Assembly: GCA_963666985.2 (NCBI GenBank)
Contig: CAXXIA010000001.1
Span: 128,001 to 192,000 of the forward strand
DNA length: 64,000 bases
Direction: 5' to 3'
Source of the DNA: Spirochaetia bacterium
Lineage (GTDB): Bacteria > Spirochaetota > Spirochaetia > DSM-2461
Shown here: positions 21,674 to 31,976 of the stretch, one piece after another
Layout of the letters: every line of letters begins with the position of its first letter
Position numbering within the stretch: position 1 is the stretch's first letter
Position numbers and translations under genes: made by a program
The notes under the pieces: generated by a model
Databases searched by the model: none
Told to the model about the DNA's origin: nothing
The model's input: only the letters and a program-made list of their open reading frames with translations

Positions 21674-22471
21674 ATGGTCGCGATTAAGGTGCTCTTCCTG
21701 GGCGATCTCGTCGGACAACCGGGGATGAGGGCGTTGTTTGCTTGTCTCTCGTCCCTAAGGACCGAAACCGGTGCTCATCTTGTAGCGGTAAACGGAGAGA
21801 ATCTGGCCGAAGGTTTCGGACTGGTTCCGCGTGAGGTGGAAAGCCTTTTCGGTCTCGGAGTATCCGTTATCACGAGTGGCAATCATATTTGGCAGCGGGA
21901 AGAAATATATCCTCTCCTTGATTCCGAACCCTGTCTTCTCAGACCTGAAAATTATCCTTCGGGAGTCCCGGGGCACGGAACGGCACTCGTCAATATCGCC
22001 GGAACGGATGTGGGATTTTTGAATGTTCTCGGGCAGAATCGTATGGGCGCCGCGGTGGATTGTCCGTTCAAAACGGCAAGGAAGGCCGCGGCGGAGCTTC
22101 GCAAGAAAACCAAATGCATCATTATGGATTTTCATGCCGAGGATGTTCGTGAGAAAGAAGCAATGGCTTTTCACATGGACGGGCGTGTTTCAGCTGTTTT
22201 GGGAACTCATACTCACGTAGCAACCGCCGACGAGCGCATTCTTCCGGGTGGAACGGCTTACATGACCGATATCGGAATGTGCGGTCCCGGAGAAAGCGTC
22301 ATCGGGACGAAACCGGATTTGTCGATTAAGAGGGCTCTGACGCAAATGCCGCTCCGCATGGAAGTGCTCGACGCTCCGGGTGTTATAAACGGGATTCTTT
22401 TGGAACTGGAGATTGAATCCGGTAAGGCGCTTTCCGTGGAACGAATCAGGCGGGAAACCGAAGGAACCTGA
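21674..22471 (+). CDS. ymdB: YmdB/TIGR00282-family metallophosphoesterase
   Basis: GDLVG, NGEN, SGNH, DFHAE, GTHTHV, TDIGMCG; after rny. Confidence 0.93.
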   Translation: MVAIKVLFLGDLVGQPGMRALFACLSSLRTETGAHLVAVNGENLAEGFGLVPREVESLFGLGVSVITSGNHIWQREEIYPLLDSEPCLLRPENYPSGVPGHGTALVNIAGTDVGFLNVLGQNRMGAAVDCPFKTARKAAAELRKKTKCIIMDFHAEDVREKEAMAFHMDGRVSAVLGTHTHVATADERILPGGTAYMTDIGMCGPGESVIGTKPDLSIKRALTQMPLRMEVLDAPGVINGILLELEIESGKALSVERIRRETEGT

Positions 22472-22472
22472 A

Positions 22473-23273
22473 TTGGCTGCCGGAACGAAACGAATTCCAT
22501 TGTCATTGCTGGCGGAAAAAACCCTATCCGATCTGGACGGCAAACAAGTTTATTCGGCGATTCTCTGCGGTGAAATCTTCGTTGATGGTGAAAAGGTCAG
22601 AAATCCCAAGGCCTCTGTTTCCGAGGATGCTGTTATCACGCGGCGAATCGGAAAATACGTCGGACGGGGAGGGGTTAAGCTTGAAGGGGCCCTTGATGAT
22701 TTGGGGGTGAACCCCGAAGGACTGATCTGTCTGGATGCGGGAGCCTCAACGGGAGGCTTTACCGACTGTCTTCTTTCCCGCGGTGCCGTTAAGGTCCATG
22801 CGGTCGATGTCGGCTACAACCAATTGGCCTGGAAGCTTCGATCGGATTCGAGAGTGATTGTGCGCGAACGGACCAACCTCATGGACCTGGATCGGTCGGA
22901 TCTCGATCCGCCGCCGCAAATGGCCGTCGCCGATTTGTCGTTTCGATCCCTTCGCGGTGCGGCTTCGAAGCTTCTTTCCCTCACCGGCGGCGGCATCGTC
23001 TTGGCTCTGGTTAAACCGCAATTCGAGAATCACGACGAGCAGGATTTTAACGGGATTGTTAAAACACGCAAGGCGCGTGCGGCGGTATTGGAGTCTCTGC
23101 GCCGTGATTTACCGGCCGAAGGCGTTCATGTCCGGGACGCATCGGCATCACGAATATCGGGAAGGAAGGGAAACGCGGAGATTTTTCTTCTTCTCTCCGA
23201 TACTCCTTCGGACGATTCTTTTTACGTTGAAAAAAGGATTGAGGAAGCTCTGGATGTTATTGATCGGCGCTGA
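22473..23273 (+). CDS. tlyA: TlyA-family rRNA 2'-O-methyltransferase
   Basis: YVGRGGVKL, DAGASTGGFTDCLL, LVKPQFE; TTG start after AAGGA. Confidence 0.93.
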   Translation: MAAGTKRIPLSLLAEKTLSDLDGKQVYSAILCGEIFVDGEKVRNPKASVSEDAVITRRIGKYVGRGGVKLEGALDDLGVNPEGLICLDAGASTGGFTDCLLSRGAVKVHAVDVGYNQLAWKLRSDSRVIVRERTNLMDLDRSDLDPPPQMAVADLSFRSLRGAASKLLSLTGGGIVLALVKPQFENHDEQDFNGIVKTRKARAAVLESLRRDLPAEGVHVRDASASRISGRKGNAEIFLLLSDTPSDDSFYVEKRIEEALDVIDRR

Positions 23274-23418
23274 GGCTTCGAGCGGCTGAATTATTCCGGA
23301 GATTCGATATCATTTCCGCTCTTTCCGATGTCCGTTGAAGTGAATGTTCGCGGCGGTGAAACGATGATGATTTCAAGCAAAAGAATTCATTCGGGGATTT
23401 CGGATATCCGACGGCCCG

Positions 23419-24216
23419 CTAAAAATCTTCTCGGCTCAAGGGACCTCCGACCCAGAATCCTTCGCCGCCGAGGTAGTCGATTCTTTGACCTTCCACGAGA
23501 AACTGAACCTTATCGACCGTAGGGAATTCGGTGGCCGTATAGACAATCTGCTCCACTTGCGCCCGGTAGCCTTCGATTCCCAAGGCGTTGAAGCGGAACT
23601 GCTCATTGAAATTGAGAAAAGCGATTTTTCCCTCCACGCGTGCGCTTATGAGTGCGGCATCCTCGGGGATAAGGGATATCATGTCGGCCGAGAGTTCACC
23701 GGGAGCCGGTCCGACGATAAGGGCGTTAATGGCGGTCGTCAGCGGTGAACCCGATTCAGGAACGGCTCTCAGAACGCTCTTAAGTCCGATCTTCCCTTCG
23801 TCGCTGACTTTTACGAAAAAGAGTCTGGCTGTGGCGCTCCCCTGGGGCTTTCCCTGCGCCGCATCGGCCGCCTCTTTTTCCGTGGGATGTTCGATATTTT
23901 CCGGCAGACCGATTTCCACGACGGGATTTTCGCTCGGAGCGGACTTGTTGTTTTCTTCAACCCGTTCTATTACAGGAGCCGCCGATTCGGCGATCCCGGA
24001 TGATTCATTCGGCGGGTGCCGGAGAAAAACGATGAGAAATATCAGAAGCAGAAAAGCAATAAGAAAAAGAACGACTGTAACAGGATCGATTTTTTTCCGC
24101 CGATTCTTCCCCGTTCCCGTACCCGTTAAGCCCTCGGGGTTTCTTCGGGGATCGGTTTTTTTAATACCCTTCTTTTGTAAAGTTGTTTGACTCTTTTGTT
24201 TCCCATTTACGGCCAT
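23419..24216 (-). CDS. Membrane-anchored GerMN-domain protein
   Basis: Single TM; LIVGP, QIVYTATEFPTVDKVQFLVEG. Confidence 0.85.
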   Translation of the reverse strand: MAVNGKQKSQTTLQKKGIKKTDPRRNPEGLTGTGTGKNRRKKIDPVTVVLFLIAFLLLIFLIVFLRHPPNESSGIAESAAPVIERVEENNKSAPSENPVVEIGLPENIEHPTEKEAADAAQGKPQGSATARLFFVKVSDEGKIGLKSVLRAVPESGSPLTTAINALIVGPAPGELSADMISLIPEDAALISARVEGKIAFLNFNEQFRFNALGIEGYRAQVEQIVYTATEFPTVDKVQFLVEGQRIDYLGGEGFWVGGPLSREDF

Positions 24217-24284
24217 GGGATATTATAGGCCGCACGGGCTTTGTTTGACAGCAGTCGCTAATAATCCGTATTATTCGATATGTT

Positions 24285-26015
24285 ATGAGGGAATATCACG
24301 GCATTCCTGCCTCCCCGGGCATCGCCATCAATCATGCGTTCGCCCATTATGCTGATGCTGTTCCCATTCCGCGATATTCGGTCGAGGAATGCGATGTCGC
24401 GAATGAGTGGACACGTTATCAAGGCGCCGTCGGACTGGCCTCGTCGGAAATCCGTCAGATTAAATCCGCGTTAGGCCCATCCCATACGGAACAGCATCAG
24501 CTTTTGGACGCTCAGCTTCTGATGCTTCATGATCCGGAAATGGGCGAACACATAAAAACTCAGCTGACCGATACCAGCCGGAATATTGAGTGGATTCTTT
24601 CCGAATACATTGAAAATATGGTGAATCTTCTTGAAGCCTCGGGCGACGAATATCTTGCCGAACGTTCGCTGGATATTCTTGATGTTTCAAGGCGCATTAC
24701 CAATCACCTGCTTTATCGGGAACGTCTTTCGCTTTCCATGATCGATAGGGAAGTTATTCTTGTTTCACCGAATCTTTTGCCCTCGGAAACGATACAGCTT
24801 GATCCTGAAAAGGTGAGGGGGCTTGTTCTTGATGCGGGCGGACGCACTTCCCATACCGCCATTCTCGCCAGATCTTTCGGCATTCCCGCCGTTCTCGGCC
24901 TTCGGGATATCTGCCGGAGCATCAAACCGGATGATCTTATCATCGTGGACGGTGATAAGGGGATTGTCATCGTTTCTCCGGACGAGGACACCCTTTTACG
25001 CTACCGAAGAGATCTTGACCGGCTTCAGGTTAAAGAATCCCGTCTGGATGCTTTCCGGAATCTTCCGGCCGAAACCACGGATGGGGTGCGCATATCGCTG
25101 CAGGCAAATATCGAAATCCCCGAAGAAGTGGATGCGGTGATGAACGCGAACGCGGACGGCATCGGTTTATTCCGTTCCGAATTCCTTTTTATGAATCCCA
25201 GGGAACAGCCCGACGAGGAACGGCAGTATCAAGCCTATGTTCGGGTTCTGGAAGCCATGAACGGGAAACCCGTTACCATCAGAACATTGGATGTCGGAGG
25301 AGACAAACTGCTTCCCACCATGGAGGAAGGTTCCGAGCTGAATCCTCTGCTCGGCTGGAGGGCCATTCGGTTTTGCCTTGAGGAAGAAGAGATTTTTCGG
25401 ATTCAGCTTCGAGCGCTTCTTCGGGCCTCGGCACACGGTAATCTTCGCGTTATGTTCCCGCTTATTTCCAATGCCGCGGAATTGGATGCTTCACTGGCCA
25501 TTCTTGAAGAAGAACGCAGGGATCTTGCGGTTTCGGGAGTTCCCATGGCGGATAATTTTCCGGTGGGCATAATGATTGAAGTACCCTCGGCTGCCGTTAT
25601 TTCCGATATCCTGGCCCGTAAAGCCGATTTCTTTTCCATCGGAACCAACGATTTGATCCAATATTCCATGGCCGTGGACCGCGGCAACGAAAAAATCGCC
25701 TCACTGTATCAGCCCTATCATCCGGCGCTCTGGCGACTGGTGAAAATGACGATTGACAATGCCCGGGATGCCGGAATCCCCGTATCCATGTGCGGAGAGG
25801 TCGCCGGCGATCCCATGGCCGCCGTTCTCCTTTTGGCTCTGGGGCTCAGCGAACTCTCCATGAGTTCTTTTAGTCTTTCGACGGTTAAGCGCATCATCCG
25901 TTCCGTCGATAGTGAAGAGGCGGCCGATTGCCTTCGGGAAGCTTTAACGGCGGCAACAAGCGAGGAAGTGGAATCCTACCTGCGCCGGCGACTGGGAGAC
26001 AGACTTGAGAAATAA
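24285..26015 (+). CDS. ptsI: PEP-protein phosphotransferase (PTS enzyme I)
   Basis: GGRTSHTAILARS, GLFRSEF, RTLDVGGDK, SIGTNDLIQY. Confidence 0.97.
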   Translation: MREYHGIPASPGIAINHAFAHYADAVPIPRYSVEECDVANEWTRYQGAVGLASSEIRQIKSALGPSHTEQHQLLDAQLLMLHDPEMGEHIKTQLTDTSRNIEWILSEYIENMVNLLEASGDEYLAERSLDILDVSRRITNHLLYRERLSLSMIDREVILVSPNLLPSETIQLDPEKVRGLVLDAGGRTSHTAILARSFGIPAVLGLRDICRSIKPDDLIIVDGDKGIVIVSPDEDTLLRYRRDLDRLQVKESRLDAFRNLPAETTDGVRISLQANIEIPEEVDAVMNANADGIGLFRSEFLFMNPREQPDEERQYQAYVRVLEAMNGKPVTIRTLDVGGDKLLPTMEEGSELNPLLGWRAIRFCLEEEEIFRIQLRALLRASAHGNLRVMFPLISNAAELDASLAILEEERRDLAVSGVPMADNFPVGIMIEVPSAAVISDILARKADFFSIGTNDLIQYSMAVDRGNEKIASLYQPYHPALWRLVKMTIDNARDAGIPVSMCGEVAGDPMAAVLLLALGLSELSMSSFSLSTVKRIIRSVDSEEAADCLREALTAATSEEVESYLRRRLGDRLEK

Positions 26016-27363
26016 CAGCGGACATCGACCGAGGGTTGTTGTCGTGGGCCGGCCGAACGTCGGCAAATCAACATTGTTCAACCGTTTATACGGCCGCAGA
26101 CGGGCCATTACCGATCCGACTCCGGGCGTTACCCGGGATGCCATTGAAGAGGATTGTTCTCTGGCCGGTATTCCCATAACCCTTGTGGACACCGGAGGCG
26201 TGAAGGCTGAATTCAGCGATGTCTTCGACGGTATTGTCGCCAATCGATCACTAAGTTCTCTGGAAAACGCCGATCTTATCCTGTTCCTTTTGGAAAACGG
26301 AGAGCTGACCGGTGAGGACGAATTGCTGGTTGACGCCTTGCGAAGCCGGGCGGATCGGGTGATTCTCGTCGTGAATAAAGCCGATACGCCCGAAAAGGAA
26401 TATCAGGCCGCCGAGTTTTATTCTCTCGGTCTCGGAACACCCATTCCCGTGTCCGCCGCTCACGGCCGAAACATGGACATTCTCGCCGAAACCGTAAGGG
26501 AACACTTGGAAAAGATCCGCTCCAAGATCTCCGCCGACAATGAGGCGGAAGAAAGGGATGAAGCGGACAGCGATATCGTCATCGCACTCGTGGGAAAGCC
26601 CAACGCGGGGAAGTCCACTCTTACGAATCGGATTCTCGGATCCGATGTTTCCCTGGTTTCCGATATAGCCGGAACAACGCGCGACACGGTAACCGGTGCT
26701 GTGGAATACAAAGGACATCGTCTGCGAATCATCGATACGGCCGGAATGCGTCGCCGATCCAAGGTTGCCGAGAACGTGGAGTACTATTCGGTGAATCGGG
26801 CCGTTAAAGCCATGTTTGAAGCCGATGTAACCATTCTGCTCATCGATTCGGACGAGGGGTTAACGGAGCAGGATAAGAAAATTACCGCCCAGGCCGTTAA
26901 AAAAGGCAGGACCGTGGTTATGGCCCTGAACAAATGGGATGAAAAAAAACCGGAGAAAGCGAAGCTCAAAAAAGCCGTGGAGAGAATCCGCTTTCTTTTC
27001 CCCGTTTTGGAATGGGCGCCCATTGTTCCCATCTCCGCTCTGGAAGGCTATGGTGTTCCGAAATTGCTGGACACCGTCGTAAAGGCCGACCGACAGCAGA
27101 ATCGGCGGATCGATACGGCCGAGCTTAATCGGGCCGTGGTTGAATGGACGGACCTGACGCCGCCTCCCACCAAAAAAGGGCGGGCGTTTAAGGTCCGCTA
27201 CGTTACGCAGGTTTCCGTTAAACCCGTACGCTTCATCGCCTTTGTCAATCGCAAGACGAACTTCCCGGAAGCATACATGCGTTTTCTCGTGAATCAGATC
27301 CGCAGAGAGTTCGGATTCGATTCGGTTCCCGTGGAGATGGAACTGAGGGAGGGGAAAAAATGA
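26005..27363 (+). CDS. der: Ribosome biogenesis GTPase Der
   Basis: Tandem G domains GRPNVGKS / GKPNAGKS. Confidence 0.97.
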   Translation: MRNNSGHRPRVVVVGRPNVGKSTLFNRLYGRRRAITDPTPGVTRDAIEEDCSLAGIPITLVDTGGVKAEFSDVFDGIVANRSLSSLENADLILFLLENGELTGEDELLVDALRSRADRVILVVNKADTPEKEYQAAEFYSLGLGTPIPVSAAHGRNMDILAETVREHLEKIRSKISADNEAEERDEADSDIVIALVGKPNAGKSTLTNRILGSDVSLVSDIAGTTRDTVTGAVEYKGHRLRIIDTAGMRRRSKVAENVEYYSVNRAVKAMFEADVTILLIDSDEGLTEQDKKITAQAVKKGRTVVMALNKWDEKKPEKAKLKKAVERIRFLFPVLEWAPIVPISALEGYGVPKLLDTVVKADRQQNRRIDTAELNRAVVEWTDLTPPPTKKGRAFKVRYVTQVSVKPVRFIAFVNRKTNFPEAYMRFLVNQIRREFGFDSVPVEMELREGKK

Positions 27364-28979
27364 ATTTCTCTCGCCGTATCGGGTCTTCGGTCCGCTGTGC
27401 CGTCCTGTTTGTGGTTTTATTCACTTTGGGACTCTCGGCGCCTCCTGCGGCCCGCCTCGGCGCCGAGGAAGCTGTTTTGTCCCATTATCGGAGTCTTCTG
27501 GAAAAAGCCGGATTTCCGGAGAACGACGAATCGAGGCGTCTGCTTTCGGATGCCATAACCGCCCCCGCTTATTCGGCGATTGAATCGGAATTCCGGATTA
27601 TCCGTCAAATCTCCGACGGAAGACTTGTTCAATTCGAAGTTCGCAAAGGCGTTCGGGAGTGGTATCTTATTTTTCGCAATCAGCGCGGAACCGAACCCAG
27701 GGAAACATATCCCATTTGGGGAAGAGGAACCTGGATTGTCAAAAAAGATCTGCTTACCGGTGATTATCTTCAGGCGAAAGTCTTTCTTCAGGATGATGAG
27801 GAAAGCTTTATCCGTCTCTTTCCCACAGCGGACGGAAGAACGCGCCTGGATGTGCATCTTTACGGATGCCGGATCGGGGATGATGTGGTTATCCCGGTCT
27901 CCTTCGATTCCCTTATTCTTTCTCCCTTCGCCCGGATAGCGGCTCTGACCGACCGGTCCGTTCCCTGGGAAATGCTCTTTCCCGATCCGGACGCGTACGG
28001 ATATCGAATCGTCGAAAACATGGCCTTGGATTTGGGGCTTCAGCCTTCGGACGGCCGGAACGGGGCTCCTTATCCGGAACTTATCGTTGAAGTGGATGAC
28101 GCCGCCGTGAACGGCGGAGGCCAAAACGTTTACATCGAAGACGGAAGAGCCCTTTCCGCGGGAGATTCCGCCTCGGACGGCGGAACTCTGCAGGCCGGAA
28201 AAACGGGAATGAACTGTTCCGGATACGTCAAATGGATTGCCGACGCGGTTTATGCGGCTTGGGCCGGGATTCCGGGAAAAGTCAACATGGACATTGCGCC
28301 TTTAAGGGAACCCACAGGCCGCCGCGGAAACAATCCCTGGAGCGAGTCGCGTTCGGCCGTCGGAGAAGACGCGCGCAGGAATCTGGATTCATTGCTTCGG
28401 GATCCTTATTTCGGCTTGGATTGGAACAGAAATCTGGCCTACGCGGTTGAAGAAGCCCGTCTTGAGAGGGAACTCAAACCGGAAGAAAAGGCCGCTCTGG
28501 ATACGGGCGAACTTCCGGGAGTGCCGTATAGAACGGATATGGGATACGAACTTGCCGATCTTGATACGGCGCTTTATCAGCTGGCGGCCAAAAGGCCGGG
28601 AGCCGTGTATCTGGCGGCCGTGAATTCCAGGTTTAAGCCTGAAGCTACGAGAGAAGATCCGAATCCGATTCCTCTTCACCAATACTGGCATGTTTCGGTT
28701 TTGGCGCCATGGTTCGACAACGGTGCTTCGGGCGGCGAGAGAGGCCGGTTCCGAGTCGCCGTTCTCGATGTCGGAGATGTTTCCGAATCCCTGCTCCGGC
28801 GTCCCGGATTCACCGGAGAACCCCTCTTTACGGCCTCCATTAGGGCCAACGCGGCGCGATATGCCCGGCTTGGACGCGATGATCGGGGCAATGAACTGAT
28901 TCCGGAAGTTCTTATCCATCTGGTGCGGGTCGATGTCGGCAGGAATTTCGAACCGGCGCCGCTGCCCGAAGTCCGCTGA
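27360..28979 (+). CDS. Exported hypothetical protein, possible NlpC/P60-like Cys hydrolase
   Basis: Signal peptide-like N-terminus; GMNCSGYVKW motif; YWHVSV. Confidence 0.6.
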   Translation: MNFSRRIGSSVRCAVLFVVLFTLGLSAPPAARLGAEEAVLSHYRSLLEKAGFPENDESRRLLSDAITAPAYSAIESEFRIIRQISDGRLVQFEVRKGVREWYLIFRNQRGTEPRETYPIWGRGTWIVKKDLLTGDYLQAKVFLQDDEESFIRLFPTADGRTRLDVHLYGCRIGDDVVIPVSFDSLILSPFARIAALTDRSVPWEMLFPDPDAYGYRIVENMALDLGLQPSDGRNGAPYPELIVEVDDAAVNGGGQNVYIEDGRALSAGDSASDGGTLQAGKTGMNCSGYVKWIADAVYAAWAGIPGKVNMDIAPLREPTGRRGNNPWSESRSAVGEDARRNLDSLLRDPYFGLDWNRNLAYAVEEARLERELKPEEKAALDTGELPGVPYRTDMGYELADLDTALYQLAAKRPGAVYLAAVNSRFKPEATREDPNPIPLHQYWHVSVLAPWFDNGASGGERGRFRVAVLDVGDVSESLLRRPGFTGEPLFTASIRANAARYARLGRDDRGNELIPEVLIHLVRVDVGRNFEPAPLPEVR

Positions 28980-29107
28980 GTTCGGGATTCTCCCCGTGTC
29001 TGTTGCCCTTCATTATTTAAGGACTCTTTGAACTCATCGCGCTATAATTTAAACGTGGAAATAGAGACGGTTACCGGATTGCGGTCCGTTCTCCGAGGGA
29101 GCAGCCA

Positions 29108-29725
29108 ATGATTGATTTGATCGTAAAAGGGGGCGTGGTTCTGTGGACCATCATGCTTCTGTCGATCGTCGCGGTCAGTATCGTCATCGAGAGATACTTG
29201 TATTTTCGTAAAATCCGGACCGACGAAGAGAAATTGTTTCTCAGAGTGAAATCCGCCATCGCCAAAGGACATTTTGATGAAGGATTGGCCATTTGCGATG
29301 CAAGTCCGTCGCCTTTCAGCACTCTGCTGAAAACGGGCATCGAGCATCGCGACCGCAGTCCCTACGAGCGCAAAGAGGTGCTTCGGGATGCGGCCGCCCA
29401 AGAGGTGCCCAGACTGGAAAAAAACGTAGGCGCTTTGGGCACCATCGCGCATATCGCGCCGCTTCTCGGTCTCTTGGGAACCGTTACGGGCAACATCAAG
29501 GCCTTCGGCGTGCTGGGCCGTTTCGGTTCGGTCGGCGATCCTTCCATGTTGGCTAAGGGGATTTCGGAAGCTCTGCTGACGACGGCGGCGGGGCTTATCG
29601 TCGCCATACCGGCCACCATCTTTTACAACATGCTTACCTCGCGGGTGAACGCGCTTATCGTGAAGATGGAAAATCAGGTGAACGAGATGACTCTTGTCCT
29701 CGGCGAAAGGGAGAGCGGCTCGTGA
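29108..29725 (+). CDS. exbB: MotA/TolQ/ExbB proton channel protein
   Basis: APLLGLLGTVTG, GISEALLTTAAGLIVAIPA. Confidence 0.92.
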   Translation: MIDLIVKGGVVLWTIMLLSIVAVSIVIERYLYFRKIRTDEEKLFLRVKSAIAKGHFDEGLAICDASPSPFSTLLKTGIEHRDRSPYERKEVLRDAAAQEVPRLEKNVGALGTIAHIAPLLGLLGTVTGNIKAFGVLGRFGSVGDPSMLAKGISEALLTTAAGLIVAIPATIFYNMLTSRVNALIVKMENQVNEMTLVLGERESGS

Positions 29726-30141
29726 TTCTCACCCAAAGGCTCAAACCCAGGGTTACCCTCGATTTGACGCCGCTGATAGATGTCGTGTTTCAGCTGGTTG
29801 TGTTCTTTATGATTTCCAGCGTTTTCAACACGGCTCCCGGCATCGAACTTGATTTGCCCGATTCTTCCACAAGCGAGGCGGTCGAAGTTACCGAAATCAG
29901 AGTGACCGTCGCCGGTCCCGAAGAAATCTATTTAAACCGCGACCTGGTGGCCCTTTCTTCTCTCGGCGATACCCTGCGCGAGTGGAAGAAACAAGGCCGA
30001 TTGGCCGACGATACGGCGCTGCTCATTGAAGGTGACGGAGAGGTGCCGTATGAAACCATCGTCGGAGTACTGGATCAGGTCCGCAGGGGCGGTATCGATG
30101 CGGTGAATCTGGTAACGGCACCGATAACCGAAAACGAATGA
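29722..30141 (+). CDS. exbD: ExbD/TolR family protein
   Basis: DLTPLIDVVFQLVVFFMI. Confidence 0.93.
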   Translation: MILTQRLKPRVTLDLTPLIDVVFQLVVFFMISSVFNTAPGIELDLPDSSTSEAVEVTEIRVTVAGPEEIYLNRDLVALSSLGDTLREWKKQGRLADDTALLIEGDGEVPYETIVGVLDQVRRGGIDAVNLVTAPITENE

Positions 30142-31172
30142 CCAAAAAGAACGACTCTCCGGCCGTCCTTCTGCCCGCCGGGATCAGTCCCGCCGGACAG
30201 GCGGCCAGGAGACGGCTTGACAGAATCCATATGGCGAAGGGAATCGCCGTCGCCCTGCTGTTTCACCTCCTTATCGTGCTGGGATTCTGGCTGTACGATA
30301 TTCTGCGGATTCGGGATATCGGGGAATGGTCGGGACCGGTCTTGGTGAAAATCGGCGTTCCCGATGCGCCTCAATCCCCTCTGCCCGATCCTGGGATTCT
30401 CCCCGAACGCATCGAAGATCAGGCGGTCGTCGAACCTTCCCAAGCACCGAAGGAGCCTGATGCGGAGAACGCACCTTCGAACAGTGCGCCGCCGAAAACG
30501 GAAAGAGCGGCCGATGTTCCGAGAAACGAACCGGTAAAAAAAGACGGTACGGGAACGGCTCCAAACGCCGCGGAGAGTACGCCTGCGCCCTCGGCGAATT
30601 CCTCCGTTCCCAAACAGCCTCCGCCGGCCAGAGTCCGCGGAAGCGAAGAGGGGAATAACTATCTTATTGATTTCGAAGGTTCCGAAGATGAAGTGGGACG
30701 GGCCGGGGCGTATGACTATATAACCAGCTATATGCCGCTTCCCGAAGTTCTTCCCAGCGGTTTGGTGGAAGGAGCGTCCGAATACCTGAAGATGAGCCCC
30801 GAATTTATTCGTTCCGAGATAGAAGTGTATTGGGAAAAAGTCTACGGCGAATATGTCAAAAAACGCGGTACATCGGGAGTTGTTCCGCTTGCCGATCGGC
30901 CTTATTACTGGGGAATCCTGGCCAATTCTCTCAGGTTTAATCCGGCCGATGCGGATTGGCGTACGGCGGGCATGCGGCCGGTTGAAATTGAATTCACGGT
31001 AAAACCTTCGAAGGGAAGCAGCGGTGCGGAACTCGACAACTTTAAATTTATCCGCCGCAGCAACAACCCTTCAGTGGATGAGGCCGTTGTATACGGATTG
31101 TCGCGCTGGATTTATTACAATAAGTCCGACCGAGATGTAAAAGCGCGGATCGTTTACGATTTCAGCGATTGA
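30138..31172 (+). CDS. TonB/TolA-like energy transducer
   Basis: TM with His (LLFHLLI), Pro-rich linker, TonB_C-like end; follows exbBD. Confidence 0.7.
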   Translation: MTKKNDSPAVLLPAGISPAGQAARRRLDRIHMAKGIAVALLFHLLIVLGFWLYDILRIRDIGEWSGPVLVKIGVPDAPQSPLPDPGILPERIEDQAVVEPSQAPKEPDAENAPSNSAPPKTERAADVPRNEPVKKDGTGTAPNAAESTPAPSANSSVPKQPPPARVRGSEEGNNYLIDFEGSEDEVGRAGAYDYITSYMPLPEVLPSGLVEGASEYLKMSPEFIRSEIEVYWEKVYGEYVKKRGTSGVVPLADRPYYWGILANSLRFNPADADWRTAGMRPVEIEFTVKPSKGSSGAELDNFKFIRRSNNPSVDEAVVYGLSRWIYYNKSDRDVKARIVYDFSD

Positions 31173-31212
31173 TTTCCCCGGACCGCCTTCCCCCCGGCAT
31201 CGGACTTGATAT

Positions 31213-31260
31213 GGATTACGGCGACCGGCATAACGGAGCCCCGCCGTATCTGTTTTTTTT
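31213..31260 (+). terminator. Probable intrinsic terminator
   Basis: TACGGCG...CGCCGTA + T-run. Confidence 0.6.
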
Positions 31261-31319
31261 AAAGAAATCCCTTTGGAGCCGTAACTTGTGCTCACCGCCC
31301 CCCTCGGGTAATGTTAGGC

Positions 31320-31976
31320 ATGGCAATAAAGGCTGTCGGATTCGACATCGATGGAACACTTTACCCCAATCTCCGTGCCTATAAGAGATCCATACCGTTT
31401 TTTTTAAGGAATTTGAGAATTATTATCGCTTTTGCCGCAACCAGAAAGATCATGAGGGAAACCGAAGATGATTCCGATGCTTCCGAAGCAAAGATCTTTG
31501 CCGAGAAACTCGGATGCGATCTGGATAAAGCCCGTAAAATTCGTGATAGAATCGTTTTTAAGGGCTGGGAGGCTCATTTTAGCGGGATGAAGATCTACCC
31601 GGACGTCAGGGATGCATTATTACGTCTGAAAGCCGCCGGATTGAAAACGGCGGCCCTCTCCGATTTCCCTGTCGGACGAAAACTGGAATACTTCGGCATT
31701 GAAGATCTTTTTGATGTTGTTCTCGGGTATCCCGAATCCCGGCGGCTGAAGCCGCGGCCGGAACCGTTTCTTGTTATGTCCGAACATCTCGGCGTTCGGC
31801 CTGAAGAAATTATCTATATAGGGAATAAGCTTGATATTGATGTTCGGGGAGCTGAGAATGCGGGAATGCGCGGTGCTCTCATCGGTCCTCCCGGGCGCAG
31901 AGCTCCCGACGGTGTAACGACTTTCACCGATTACCGGCACATGGCCGAGAGTATCCTCTCCGAGGTGGCGACATGA
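31320..31976 (+). CDS. HAD-family hydrolase
   Basis: FDIDGTL motif I, KPRPEPF, YIGNKLDID. Confidence 0.92.
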   Translation: MAIKAVGFDIDGTLYPNLRAYKRSIPFFLRNLRIIIAFAATRKIMRETEDDSDASEAKIFAEKLGCDLDKARKIRDRIVFKGWEAHFSGMKIYPDVRDALLRLKAAGLKTAALSDFPVGRKLEYFGIEDLFDVVLGYPESRRLKPRPEPFLVMSEHLGVRPEEIIYIGNKLDIDVRGAENAGMRGALIGPPGRRAPDGVTTFTDYRHMAESILSEVAT

